This document shows positions 1-12,015 of a stretch of 64,000 nucleotides of DNA, one piece after another. The stretch lies in NCBI GenBank assembly GCA_973895155.1, contig OZ316894.1:681968-745967 (forward strand), given 5' to 3'. The stretch comes from Marsupella aquatica (lineage: Eukaryota; Plantae; Marchantiophyta). The position numbers and the translations under genes were made by a program. The notes beneath the pieces are model-generated. The model was given only the letters and a program-made list of their open reading frames with translations, ran no database searches and was not told the DNA's origin. The first letter of the stretch is position 1. Every line of letters begins with the position of its first letter.

Positions 1-2394
1 GGACCGGGTTGAGGGGGAGATTAGTCATGATGCTGTTCATGACAGGAGAGATGGAGAAGCTTCGGGCTTGGAGCTGGTTCCTATGATGGAACAAGAGGAG
101 CAGATTGTTGTTGGGGTACCTCAAATTCAGCCAGCAGCAGCAGCAGATCAGCCTAAATCATCTACTAGAAGAACTTCTAGTCGTTCTACTAGAGCTCCTA
201 CCAGGTATGGTCAATGGGCATACTCATCTAAGCTAGATGATATTGACATTGCAGCTGATGAAGATGATATGGCTTTGATCTTGAAAGAAGGAGAGCCTTC
301 TTCATACAGTGAGGCTTGTGCTTCAGAGCAGAAGCATGAGTGGAATGCAACAATGCAGAGGGAGTTGCAATCTTTGAATGACAACAAGACATGGGAGCTA
401 GTGGAGCTTCCAAGAGGCCAGCAAGTGGTGGACAGCAAGTGGATTTACAAGTTGAAGGATAGTCTTTCAGAGGGTGGAGACAAGATCTACAAGGCAAGGC
501 TTGTTGCCAGGGGATTCACTCAGGAGAAATGAGTGGATTACAATGAGGTCTTTTCACTGGTGGCTAAGTATTCCACAATTCGGATCTTGTATCAGCTTGT
601 TGTGTTTTTTGGTTTGGTGATGGATCAGATGGATGTTGTTACTGCTTTTCTCTATGGCAACTTGGAAGAGATGATCTTCATGAGACAGCCACTAGGCTTT
701 ATGAAGAAGGGCCAAGAGAACTTAGTTTGCAGATTGCTCAAGTCCTTGTATGGATTGAAGCAATCTCCCAGACAGTGGAACAAGCGGTTTGATGATTTCA
801 TGTTTGCTCAAGGTTTTACAAGGATGGTGTATGATCCTTGTGTGTATACGAAATCAGTCAAGAATGATGTGTTTGGTTTCATCATTTTGGTTATTTATGT
901 GGATGACATGCTGATTGTGGCTAAAGATCAATCTGAGGTTGACAGTCTCAAGGCGAAATTGAGTGCTGAATTCAGGATGAAAGATCTTGGTAAGGCTAAG
1001 AAGATCTTAGGGATGGAGATTTTTAGGAACTCTGATACTGGACAGTTGTGCTTGAGTCAAGGCCAGTATGCAAGGAAAGTACTTGCACGATTCAACATGG
1101 AAAACTGTAAGCTAGTGAGTATTCCTATAGCTTCACATTTCAAGTTATCATCAACTTTCTCTCCTACGGATGCTGTGGAGAAAGGTCTGATGGCTAAGAT
1201 TCCTTATGAAAAGGCAGTAGGCAGTCTGATGTATTTGATGACTTGTACTAGGCCTGATTTGGCCCTAGCGATGGGCAAGGTTAGCAGATTCATGTCAAAT
1301 CCAGGGAAGGTACATTGGGAAGCTGTGAAATGGATTCTCAGGTATTTGAAAGGAACACAGGACTATGGATTACTATTTGATAACAGATCAGATAGAACGT
1401 TAGTTGGCTATGTAGATTCTGACTATGGAGGCTTCTGGATACAAGGAGGTCTACAATTGGTTTTGTATTTACTCTTGGAGGAGGATGTATCAGTTGGAAA
1501 TCTACCTTGCAGAAGTGTATATCTCAGTCTACTACAGAAGCAGAATATGTTGCAATAGCAGAAGCAGCAAAGGAAGCAATTTGGTTGGACAAGTTGATCG
1601 CGGAGATGGGTTTAGAGCATGGAAAAATGACTCTAAATTGTGATAGTCAGAGTGCTCTTCACTTGGCTGCTAACCAGGTGATGGATAGCAGGGTGAAGCA
1701 CATTGATATTAGGTACCATTTTATCAGGCAAACAGTGTTTGATAAAACTTTTGAGCTAGTCAAGATTGGAGGAAAGCTCAATCCCGCTGATGTCTTTACC
1801 AAAGTGATTCCTTTGGAGAGTTTCTCAAGACATCGTGCTACTTTGCAAATTTTGCAGTTGTAGTACAAGTAGAGTTATTTAGCAATGTGTGGCTATTTGT
1901 ACATGGATTACTCATTCCAGTTTGGCTACGGCTTAGTTCTAGTTAACCCTTAGTTAACCCTTGTGGTTTTTAGGGGGAGACCTGGTTTGGTGATTGTCTA
2001 GAACTTCCCGCTGAGGATTCCATATGGTAGCATTTAGTCCAGTCCACAAGACAAGAGTCAAGGGGGAGTTTGTTAGATATTGCTCTAGTCTTGTGACTCA
2101 TGAGCTAACCACAGTTAGTCTAACTCGGGTTAGGACTTAGCTAATGTTAGCGGTAGTGCTATTGTGCATATAGCCAGGGTTGATGCCAGACCCTGGTGGA
2201 ACTTAGGCTCATTATTACGGAGCTAGTTGAGAGATAGGGAGAGCTTGCGCTGTGGATGCTTGGTATGGCCTGTCGGCCTAGAGTGCAGTAAAGCTCTTGT
2301 GTGTTCTCGTGGACGTAGCCTCATGTGGAGGTGAACCACGTATCTCTCTGTGTTGACTCTTGTGCGTTGGATGGTTCATGGGCTTGCCGTTACA
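1..2394 (+). mobile_element. 3' part of a Ty1/Copia LTR retrotransposon (pol, PPT, 3' LTR), inserted into the gag of a second Copia element
   Basis: RT/RNaseH ORFs are followed by a PPT (AAGGGGGAG, 2060-2068) and an LTR from TGTTAG (2071) to TTACA (2394). Gag sequence of another element starts immediately at 2395. Confidence 0.9.
68..1863 (+). pseudogene. Copia pol (RT + RNaseH), disrupted
   Basis: Motifs present: KARLVARGF, QMDVVTAFLYG, LYGLKQSPRQW, YVDDML, GYVDSD, STTEAEY, KHIDIRYHF. There is an in-frame TGA at 530-532 and a frameshift near 1432. Confidence 0.93.
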
Positions 2395-3574
2395 AATGTC
2401 GTCTATGCTCAACAGTAATAGTTGATGTTTTTCGGCCAACAACATATGTGCGATCAACTCAGAATATTTAGTGAAGTTCATGTTCCTGTATTGTGTGGAT
2501 AGGACTAGGTTGGTGGAGTGGAATGTGGACAATGTTTTCTCAATCTGCTCTTCATCTCCCACTGGTTGTCCACAGATGGCCAATTGTGCAACAATTCTGA
2601 ATAGTTTGCTTTTGTAATTGACAATAGTTTTGTGGTCTTGAACTCTAAGATTAACCCAGTCATGCCTTGCTACAGGTAGAAAAATTGAGCGCATGTGGTC
2701 AAATCTTGAGTGTAGGTCATCCCAGAGGATGCGGGGAATATATTCATTCCTGTACTGGCATTTTAGGGAGTCTACAAGGTGATGTCTAATTAGAATTAAG
2801 GCTTTAGCCTTCTGCTGCAAAGTCGGACCGGCATCCGTTGAATGGTGTCTTGCAGATCTTTAGAGGCAAGGCGTTCTTCGATATCTAGAGACCAAGATAG
2901 ATAGTTGGATCCGTCTATATTCAACGCTTGGAAGTAGAGTTTTTTGATAGTATTTGTGGTCATTGTGGGTGTCCAAAGATTGAGGGGAATTTGTGATTCT
3001 CAATTGAATGATCATTGTATGAGATACAGTAAAATGGGAAAGTCACTTATCTTTTGTAATTTGCGCCTGCACCTTTCTCGTTTCCTTGTCCCGGAGTTAT
3101 TATTGGGTAGACATTTCTTGCTCAGCTGTTTGTAGTAGCATTCAACGCTGTCCGGATTTGAGGATTGGCTGCCTTGGATGTGCTTGGGGAGATTGCTCGG
3201 ATGTTCGATTGTATCCTTGAATAAAGTTATGGAGATTGGTTGGCGATATCATTAGGCGGTGAATGTTTGGTGGGATGGAATCGCCTATGTGGGAAATGGA
3301 CTAATTTGCAATCCAAATCTCATGCCAATTTTACAGAGATCTGTGTATAATTTCGTAAGGAGACCCCTCCACATCTAATTCTCACTTCTAAAGGAAAAAA
3401 TTGAATGTAGAGCCTACTCATGCTGATAACGTGTTGAGTACTACATTGAATACTCTTCTCATTCATGTAGGGAAACATATATACATAGAGGTAGTTACTC
3501 AGGTGGTTGTAGTAACTACCTTAGGTTAGTGGTTACACCATGATTTGGAGTAGACTTAACCTTAGGTTACAACA
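2395..3574 (-). mobile_element. Bianca-like Ty1/Copia 5' remnant: short 5' LTR (3432-3574), PBS (3418-3431), degenerate gag (2963-2395)
   Basis: The 143-bp LTR runs TGTTG...CAACA. The PBS reads CGTTATCAGCATGA on the minus strand. Gag motifs NYLSWSLD, QQKAKALILIRHHL and EKTLSTFH are present. It is homologous to the copy at 45103-61402. Confidence 0.82.
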
Positions 3575-3930
3575 GCTTTTAAATATGTGGAGGAGGTCCA
3601 CATTTGGAATGAGAATTATTCAGACGGAAGTCAAAGATTAATCAGATATTGGTCATCGTGACTTATTTTCCGAACAATCAGGTCCGCCTCGCTAGCCATT
3701 TCCAGTGTCGCTAGCAAAATTTCCTGTTTTCTCGTTGAATTGTCAGCCGAGGATTGAGGAAAACAACTGCCAGATTGGCATTCCAGTGTCAAGAACATTA
3801 AATTTAGTGGTTGATTGCTGCCTGACTGTTTTTGGATTAATTCCAAGGAAGAATGTTGTCTTTCCACCAGACGTCTTCAACATCTCACCCAAGCAAATTC
3901 AAGCCAAAAAGAAGAGATAACAGATTAAGC

Positions 3931-4023
3931 GCAGCTACTATGGTAAGAGCAGGAGTTTTTATGATAGCAAGGTGTTCTCCTTCATTTGAATACTTACCTA
4001 ATGCTCTGATTGTTATCACTTCT
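3931..4023 (+). other. nad5: NUMT: fragment of mitochondrial nad5
   Basis: Translates as [31 protein letters not shown], matching the plant Nad5 segment [31 protein letters not shown]. The flanks are not nad5. Confidence 0.8.
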
Positions 4024-5006
4024 CTCTCAAGACCTTCTATACACATGAATCTATTTTCTTGAAGTAGGCATGGGCCCAGCAGAAGCAACAGACGCATGCC
4101 ACTCCACTATTCCTTGCAGAACTATGCTCCCTTCTACGTTCACGCGCACGGTCTATGAGCTTTCGGATTCATTCATGCCGTCAACGTAGCAAAGTTTCTA
4201 CTGCAAATACAGTCCACTTTCCTGCCTTGTCCGATAATCCTTCACGATAGTACTGTACAGTGCATCATTCCATTCTCGCGTCATTTGAGAATTATTCCCT
4301 TACGCCTTCCCTAACCCCAGAGTAGCTAACAAGCTTTCGAGCACGTTTCACGACCGTATCTTGCGTGAGAAGCTCAGACAGTTGAGATGCAGATGGAACT
4401 TCATATCGTTTTGGTCGAATCCAGACTGTCAACTCCCTTTGAAGCAGAAGAACATGGCCACTTTACTAGAATTGAATTATCTAATCTTCGACATGGATGT
4501 ATTCGAAGATCTGAATACATCCATCAGTCTCGGCCAAAGGCTTCCTGCAAGTCGATGAACTCGAAGACTCATTGCTTGAAGTTTTCTGCTGGTGGAGGTC
4601 GCCATCCGCGCATTTGATCTTTATGCCCTTGATTTTCGTCTCCTGTCACCAATGTGAGTTCCCTTCCAGTACCATGTTCACAGCAAGGCAGCTACTGTAT
4701 GCAAACTCTTCTTTTGATCTAAGGACAATACTCAACTAAGATGTCAAAAGAGGTTCTTATATATCAAGCCAACAGCTTGATTTCACGCACCTATAATTTC
4801 GACACTCAAAACGAAACTTGCGTGATATTTCTCTTACATGAAATGGTCTTTCAGCCAGAAGAGGGCTAGGTACAACCCCCAATTGCAGAATCTCAAAATT
4901 AATGTTACAGAATTGCGACACCCAAAACCTGATTGTATCTGCGCTGCCAGTGACTACTGATTTGAAGTCACTTTCCAGCCAGCCCAACACAGCTTTCAAT
5001 CTGGGT

Positions 5007-8000
5007 TCACCAGAAATCACCACAAGAACACATTCCATCTTTAAAATGGTGGAACCGATTTGCATCCCTTGCAATAATCTCGCGTCCGGTCACCTTAGAG
5101 ATATACTTGGTTGCTGAGTGGCAATCTGAACACACCCGAAGGTTCTTACTTACACGAATAGGTTCTCCCCAAGGTAGGTGCATAAGTCCGTAAGCCATAG
5201 CCAACTTCTCACTATGAGAGCAAAGAGCTAGCTCTTTATCCTCTTCATTGATATCATGCAATACAAGCTGGGTATCCGGAATGTAGCCTTCCGCCTTCAG
5301 TTTTTCACTCAATTTATTCAGCTCAGTATAGATTGCCTCCGCTTCTGGGTGAGATGTATCCCCCACCACAAATTCATGGATCTTGTTATGAACTTCGATC
5401 CAGCTACGTCCTGGCTCCTTCCGAACACCTCTCTCTTGCATCATAGTGCGCACAGATGACACCTTCTCCCACATCCCAGCTGCAGCATAAATATTGGAGA
5501 GCAGCACATATGTAGAGGCCTTACCGGGTTCCAACTTGAAAAGCTCGTTAGCGGCCAGTTCACCCAGCTCCACGTTACCGTAAGTTCTACAAGCCCCAAG
5601 CAAGGCTGTCCAAGTTACATCATCTGGTTCGATCGGCATCTCACTGATCAACTGCTTTGCTTCTTCCACGTGTCCCGCCCGCCCAAGAATATCCACCATG
5701 AGGGTATAGTGCAAAACAGTACGCTCGATACCATATTCTTGCGTCATAGCAGAAAAGATTCTACGACCATCATCAACAAGGCCTCCATGAGAACAGGCTG
5801 ACAACACAGCTGTGAATGACGTCTCGGTGGGCTTCACATGGCCTGCATTCATTTGTCTGAAAAGTTCCAGGGCTTCCTGCCCATATCCGTGTTGTGCAAG
5901 TCCACCGATCATTATGTTCCAAGTGACTACATCGCGTTTCTCCATTCTGTTAAAAACAAGTCGGGCGTCAGCTATACTGCCACTCTCTGCATACATGTGA
6001 ACGAGTGCACTACCCACACGCAAATCCGACTCCAGTCCGGCTTTGCTAGCGTGGCCATGAAGCTCCTTCACCCACTCCAAAGCCCCCGCACTTGCAGATG
6101 CATTCAGAATACTCGCATAAGTGAATGCATCTGGTTCAAAGCCTTCCCGTCTCATTTGGAGAAACAACCAATATGCGTCATGCCCAGATCCATGTTGTGC
6201 AAGCCCTCCTATCATTACATTCCATGTGATTACATCGCGTTTCTCCATTCTGTCAAAGACCAGTCGGGCATCATCTATACTGCCAATCTTCGCATACATG
6301 TGAACGAGTGCATTGCCCACACGCAAATCCGACTCCAGTCCGGCTTTGCTAGCGTGGCCATGAAGCTCCTTCACCCACTCCAAAGCCCCCGCACTTGCAG
6401 ATGCATTCAGAATACTCGCATAAGTGAATGCATCTGGTTCAAAGCCTTCTCGTCTCATTTCGAGAAACATTCGATATGCTTCATGCCCAGATCCATGTTG
6501 TGCAAGCCCTCCTATCATTACATTCCATGTGATTACATCGCGTTTCTCCATTCTGTTAAAAACAAGTCGGGCGTCAGCTATACTGCCACTCTCTGCATAC
6601 ATGTGAACGAGTGCACTACCCACACGCAAATCCGACTCCAGTCCGGCTTTGCTAGCGTGGCCATGAAGCTCCTTCACCCACTCCAAAGCCCCCGCACTTG
6701 CAGATGCATTCAGGATGGTCACATAAGTGAATGCATCTGGTTCAAAGCCTTCCCGTCTCATTTGGAGAAACAACCGATATGCTTCATGCCCACATCCATG
6801 TTGTGCAAGCCCTCCTATCATTACATTCCATGTGATTACATCGCGTTTCTCCATTCTGTCAAAGACCAGTCGGGCATCATCTACAGTGCCAATCTTCGCA
6901 TACATGTGAACGAGTGCATTGCCCACACGCAAATCCGACTCCAGTCCGGCTTTGCTAGCGTGGCCATGAAGCTCCTTCACCCACTCCAAAGCCCCCGCAC
7001 TTGCAGATGCATTCAGGATGGTCACATAAGTGATTTCATTTGGTTCGAAGCCTTGGCGTCTCATTTCAAGAAACATTCGATATGCTTCATGCCCAGATCC
7101 ATGTTGTGCAAGCCCTCCTATCATTACAGTCCATGTGATTACATCGCGTTTCTCCATTCTGTCAAAGACCAGTCGGGCATCATCTATACTGCCAATCTTC
7201 GCATACATGTGAACGAGTGCACTACCCACACGCAAATCCGACTCCAGTCCGGCCTTGCTAGCGTGGCCATGAACCTCCTTCACCCACTCCAAAGCCCCCG
7301 CACTTGCAGATGCATTCAGGATGCTCGCATAAGTGATTGCATTTGGTTCGAAGCCTTCGCGTCTCATTTGGAGAAAAAATCGATATGCTTCATGCCCACA
7401 TCCATGTTGTGCAAGTCCCCCGATCATTACGTTCCATGTGAATACATTGTGTTTCTCCATTCTCTCAAAAACAAGTCGGGCGTCATCTATACTGCCACTC
7501 TTTGCATACATGTGGACCAGTGCAGTGCCCACACGCAAGTCTGACTCCAGTCCTGCTTCGGCAGCATGGCCATGAATCTCCTTCACCCACTCCAAAGCCC
7601 CCGCACTTGCAGATGCATTCAGGATGCTCAGATAAGTGATTGCATCTGGTTCGAAGCCTTCAAGTCTCATTTGGAGAAACAGTCCATATGCTTCATGCCC
7701 ACATCCTTGTTGTGCAAGTCCACCGATCATTACAGTCCATGTGACTACATCGCGTTTCTCCATTCTGTCAAAAACCAGTCGGGCGTCACCTATCCTGCCA
7801 CTCTCTGCATACATGTGAACCAGCGCAGAGCCCACACGCAAATCTGACTCCAGTCCCGCTTTCCTAGCGTGGCCATGAACGTCCTTCACCCATGCCAAAC
7901 CCCCATCACATGCGGATGCATTCAGGATGCTCGTATAGGTGATTGCATTTGGTTCGAAGCCATCCCGTCTCATTTGGAGGAATAGTCGATATGCTTCCAC

Positions 8001-8780
8001 ACCATCACCACGTTGTGCACATGCTCCAATCATAACATTCCATGTAATGACATTTCGATTAGTCAACTTTTCAAAAACTTTCCTTGCCTCGGTGATGCAC
8101 CCACATTTAGCGTACATCAGTACGAGAGCAGACCCTACACGCACGTCCGATTCAAAGCCGGCATGTCGAATACCCTGATGAATTTCTTTTCCCCAATTGA
8201 GAGCTAATGGGCTTGAACATGCATTCAGGATGCTCAGATACGTGATCTCATTCGGCTTCACGCCTTCTTGGCGCATTAGATTGAAAATTTCGAGTGCAGA
8301 TTCAGCATGATCACTCCTAGCGTATCCCGCAATCATGCTGGTCCAAGTAATAACACTCTTCTTCTGAATTTCATCAAAAACTCTACGTGCATCCGATAAA
8401 CCTCCGCATTTGATATACACATTCAAAAGCGTGATTGCCACATATGAATTTTCGTGAATTCCACTCTCGATGATGCAATCATGAATTTGCTTGGCTCCTG
8501 AAAGGTCCTTCTGTTGCAAGCACATTTGCAGAACTTTAACATATGTGTACGAGTCTATAGCAATGCCTCGCTGTAGACGATCTTTCAACATAGCAATTGT
8601 TTGACCCGTGGTACCAGGATGCATATGCCTACTGCCAATACCTTTTGCAGTGACTTGAGACCGATCTCTCGTGCAATAACTAACATTAGATGGAAATCTG
8701 CAGTGAGTAACCAAATTCGCCCTTGCCTTAACCCACGCTGGGGTTGACCATCCATCCACCCAAAGAGCTAGTCTTGTCAA
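5007..8780 (-). CDS. PLS-class PPR protein with E1/E2 and DYW cytidine deaminase domains (organellar C-to-U editing factor)
   Basis: The ORF is uninterrupted: L-S, 8x(P-L-S), P2-L2-S2, E1, E2, PG box (PGRSWIEV), HSEKLA, CSDCH, and a C-terminal DFW. The start is uncertain: the first in-frame ATG is at 8624, and a possible splice acceptor near 8699 hints at an upstream exon. Confidence 0.95.
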   Translation of the reverse strand: MTRLALWVDGWSTPAWVKARANLVTHCRFPSNVSYCTRDRSQVTAKGIGSRHMHPGTTGQTIAMLKDRLQRGIAIDSYTYVKVLQMCLQQKDLSGAKQIHDCIIESGIHENSYVAITLLNVYIKCGGLSDARRVFDEIQKKSVITWTSMIAGYARSDHAESALEIFNLMRQEGVKPNEITYLSILNACSSPLALNWGKEIHQGIRHAGFESDVRVGSALVLMYAKCGCITEARKVFEKLTNRNVITWNVMIGACAQRGDGVEAYRLFLQMRRDGFEPNAITYTSILNASACDGGLAWVKDVHGHARKAGLESDLRVGSALVHMYAESGRIGDARLVFDRMEKRDVVTWTVMIGGLAQQGCGHEAYGLFLQMRLEGFEPDAITYLSILNASASAGALEWVKEIHGHAAEAGLESDLRVGTALVHMYAKSGSIDDARLVFERMEKHNVFTWNVMIGGLAQHGCGHEAYRFFLQMRREGFEPNAITYASILNASASAGALEWVKEVHGHASKAGLESDLRVGSALVHMYAKIGSIDDARLVFDRMEKRDVITWTVMIGGLAQHGSGHEAYRMFLEMRRQGFEPNEITYVTILNASASAGALEWVKELHGHASKAGLESDLRVGNALVHMYAKIGTVDDARLVFDRMEKRDVITWNVMIGGLAQHGCGHEAYRLFLQMRREGFEPDAFTYVTILNASASAGALEWVKELHGHASKAGLESDLRVGSALVHMYAESGSIADARLVFNRMEKRDVITWNVMIGGLAQHGSGHEAYRMFLEMRREGFEPDAFTYASILNASASAGALEWVKELHGHASKAGLESDLRVGNALVHMYAKIGSIDDARLVFDRMEKRDVITWNVMIGGLAQHGSGHDAYWLFLQMRREGFEPDAFTYASILNASASAGALEWVKELHGHASKAGLESDLRVGSALVHMYAESGSIADARLVFNRMEKRDVVTWNIMIGGLAQHGYGQEALELFRQMNAGHVKPTETSFTAVLSACSHGGLVDDGRRIFSAMTQEYGIERTVLHYTLMVDILGRAGHVEEAKQLISEMPIEPDDVTWTALLGACRTYGNVELGELAANELFKLEPGKASTYVLLSNIYAAAGMWEKVSSVRTMMQERGVRKEPGRSWIEVHNKIHEFVVGDTSHPEAEAIYTELNKLSEKLKAEGYIPDTQLVLHDINEEDKELALCSHSEKLAMAYGLMHLPWGEPIRVSKNLRVCSDCHSATKYISKVTGREIIARDANRFHHFKDGMCSCGDFW
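5890..7990 (-). repeat. Coding tandem array of near-identical 303-bp (101-aa P-L-S) units with a higher-order 606-bp duplication
   Basis: TGTTGTGCAAG recurs every 303 bp. The S motifs alternate GNA..AKIG and GSA..AESG in the last four units. Confidence 0.93.
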
Positions 8781-11037
8781 CTTCTGATTGAACTCAGGTG
8801 CTCTGGGCTTCCTCTGTCAGCACCACAACCCACGATCAGATCTGCTACCAGGATAAAATCCAGGAGATTCCACGAGGTGCAATGAATTTGTAGTTATTTC
8901 TTGACGACTATGTTTCCAGTGATCTTTCTACAATGAGTGTTCAGAAATGGATAGCAGACCGGTAAGCCTCTCGAGTTCTAGGGTGCATTCCTACCTCCGT
9001 CCAAAGATGTATTTTCTTGTCTCCCTTGTTCTGCTGTGATCTTTGGTACAGATAACTTGCAAAAGTTAAATGACTCCTTTCCAACTGAGAGTAACGGCTA
9101 TCTGTCAAGAATGCAATGATCTTAGAATAGAATATTGAAATAATTGTGAAAGGCATATCCAGGTATCAACAAGCTCGTTCCTTCTCCCGTATTTCACTGT
9201 ACCCACAGAAAGGACAGAGTCAAGAGCCTATCGAATTGGTACTAAAATACTTCAGCCAGAAGTCACATGTTATCCTTGGGTTGTGTACAGGACAGACTCT
9301 TAGGGCATCTTGACAGGCGTTCATTTGTAAGTTGCCTACACTGTCCTTTCTGCGCTATACACAAACCAGAATCTCAGGTTTCTGAAAAGAGACTACTTAG
9401 AAATAAAGCCTGGCCATCATCTGTAGAATCCATCGTGATTAGACACAGATGACATGAACGTGAAAGCGCTTCCCTCCCTCTCTCCTACAATTCAGAAATA
9501 AAGGCTATCCATCATTCTTGAACTTGGCTCTTATACAATCCGTGAAGAGACACATACGACATGAATGTAACAGCCTCCCCTCCCCTCCCCTCCCCTCCCC
9601 CCCCACCCTGTGCTTCTTAACACGAAAAAGGAATCAAACTTGAAGTTCAACTCAAGTTCAACTCAAGTTCATAAGCCTCATAGCAGGAAATTCCCGCAAC
9701 TATAAATGTCACACCGTGGTGCTGGAACAAGAGTTTCTGTTTAAAAGTAGGTACGCATAACGTTGAAATCGCTCTTCAGTCTCATTACCTGAAGGCCGTG
9801 TACAAGAACAATGGCGGATGCCAATACCAATCAAACCGGAAGATGAAGGATAAACTCTGCAAATCAAACGTCTTTGTTGAGAATGTATTCAAGGTCGTTT
9901 GGTCACATCAAATCCAACAAAATGACATGCATACAAAATTAATCATACCTGGCTGAGGACTGTTGCCTAAAGCGGTCCATATCCAAAAGTTCCATCGAGT
10001 CAGCTCCGTTCCCGTGCCGGGAATACGGAGCTCAATGGTACAGTTTTGAGAAATACGATCTTACCTGTTTGACAAAGGTTCAAATCAGTCTAAGTAGTGC
10101 AATCTTGCAGAGCCCTCAAATTTCAAGTCTCATCTTTCCTTCCCATGGACTAAGGAAAGAATATTCATTACGCGAAGGCTCTGTTGGGGAAACCTTGCCC
10201 GGGCAGAGGAATCTCCGCTCAGCGTAACAGTTGGAGGAAGCCCTAGAAGCATAGCAGTAGCGGTATCTTCTCCAGGATCAATTCCTCCTGCTGGACTCTT
10301 TACGAATCATCCCAGCTTTGCCATCAAAACTTGAGAATCACAAGTTTTGAGAAGAAAAAGTATGAGAAGATCTTCCATCCAAACCCCAAAGCAACCCACC
10401 GTCATACCTGTACATTGCCCTCTGAAAAACTATGGCGCGAGTGCTCTTGTTTATCGCCCTCCAAGAAAGAACCCTTTCCAACTGACGTGTCCTGCATACC
10501 AAACGAAGAATTGACGACATTTCTTCAAAGAAGAACTGCCGAACAAGTGTTATGCAGACCGTGTAAGTAGCAAATTGGGCAGGCTCGACAATTCGTTCAG
10601 AACAACAAGTTGAAGCAAGTGGCAACAAAATTGATCTAGATTGTGACGGGAAATCAGGAGACGGGCAGCAGGAGACGTCATGCAAGAAATGAGCAGGACT
10701 TGAACCAGGATGGACAGTATCCCGGGCTGAAAAAGAGATTCTGTCCCGCTTCCTTGGGCGCTCAGAGGTGAGAAGTATTGTTGCCCAGCAATCTAAGGTC
10801 GAAACGCAGAAGAACATCCAGTATAGCTAGGGCCTTACTAGGAATTCTCTGCCCAAAGGACATGACGAGAGGCGGTGTAAAAGTGGTAACGCGAACCTAA
10901 CAGGGATCACTGGATTCGTCAGCATGTAGCTACGCACAGCTCGATACCAACTCCCCGAGAAGTAACTATAGCAATTCAGCAATCCGAAGCCACTACGACA
11001 AGTAATTCTTAGCAGATTGTGAATTCTACAAGGATTG

Positions 11038-11613
11038 TTAGCTCATTAAATTAACTGCTGAACCACCATCCAATAATACATTCTTAATCTTGGTTCCTTT
11101 TATATTTAACTGTACCATTGCTCCCTTATCAGCTAATATTGTCTTTTCCAACTTATAAGTTGGTGTTCGTGGTATTTCCTGCTGATTATCTTCTTCATTT
11201 CTTGTTGTAGTTGTCCTTTCCCTTACCTCGCTGGTATTTGGTACTGCTGTCTCTTGTGCTCCCTCACTCATTTTCTTGAACAATGCTTCTATGCATTGTG
11301 CAGCTATACATAACAATTCTTCAACAGTTAAGTCCACTTTAGCCTTTGAAATAACCTCTACCAATTTCTTTATAATCTCTTGCTCACTTTTCTCTCTGAT
11401 TTGTTCCGTTCTCAATGGTTCTTCCCTTAATGATTCATCACTTATTGGGTCTTCCTCATGTGTAAAGGACTCTCTGATTTCTTCTTTAAAACTCTCATCA
11501 GACTCTAAAATTTCAGCTCCATCTTCTATTCTATCATCCAAACCCATTAATCTTTCTGGTCTTGGCAGCAATCCTGTAGCGAACCTAGAGGATGAGGAGA
11601 CCATGATGAGCAT
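11038..11613 (-). pseudogene. Ty3/Gypsy gag-protease fragment
   Basis: Retroviral-type aspartic protease motif VLLDGGSAVNLMS, preceded by an acidic gag-like linker. The fragment is truncated. Confidence 0.7.
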
Positions 11614-12015
11614 ATTACACCGGACAAGTAGGGACCGTTGGGTTTAGCATATAGGCATGGGCTTGTGGCAAGACACTTAGAATCTAAAGTAAGGGCTGAC
11701 TAAACCTCAAGGGTTGAGTTCAAACCATCGAGACGGTTTGGAAGCATGAGTTTGAATGTTAAAGGAAGTACATGTCAAATGCATATTGGTGTTATCAAAG
11801 CATGTGTAAACATTGGAACATGGGAGTAGCGGAAATGCAAACCTCATAGGAGCAATGGCAGCATGTGAGGAAGGTCCTCAACTGACATATTGATCTCCAA
11901 TTATGGTGGGGGAAAGATCGAAATACAAAGGTGGGAGGTCCCACAACTGGAGCATAGATCGGCACGCATGGACCATAATGGTGTCATGGGCATAACTCTT
12001 ACCTTGGAAGTTGAG

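Noticed and set aside
2278-2394. C-terminal extension of the 180-aa gag ORF
   Set aside because: It is read-through into the antisense strand of the inserted Copia LTR.
3931-4023. The nad5 NUMT as the target or a decoy of the adjacent PPR-DYW protein
   Set aside because: The sequence upstream of both candidate Cs does not fit the code-predicted pattern (for example, neither has G at -4).
5838-7544. 568-aa plus-strand ORF and the repeated 60-aa ORFs
   Set aside because: These are antisense shadows of the repetitive PPR coding sequence.
8940-11030. Possible exons or gene remnant upstream of the PPR gene
   Set aside because: Splice-like signals are present, but the frames contain stops and no product could be recognised.
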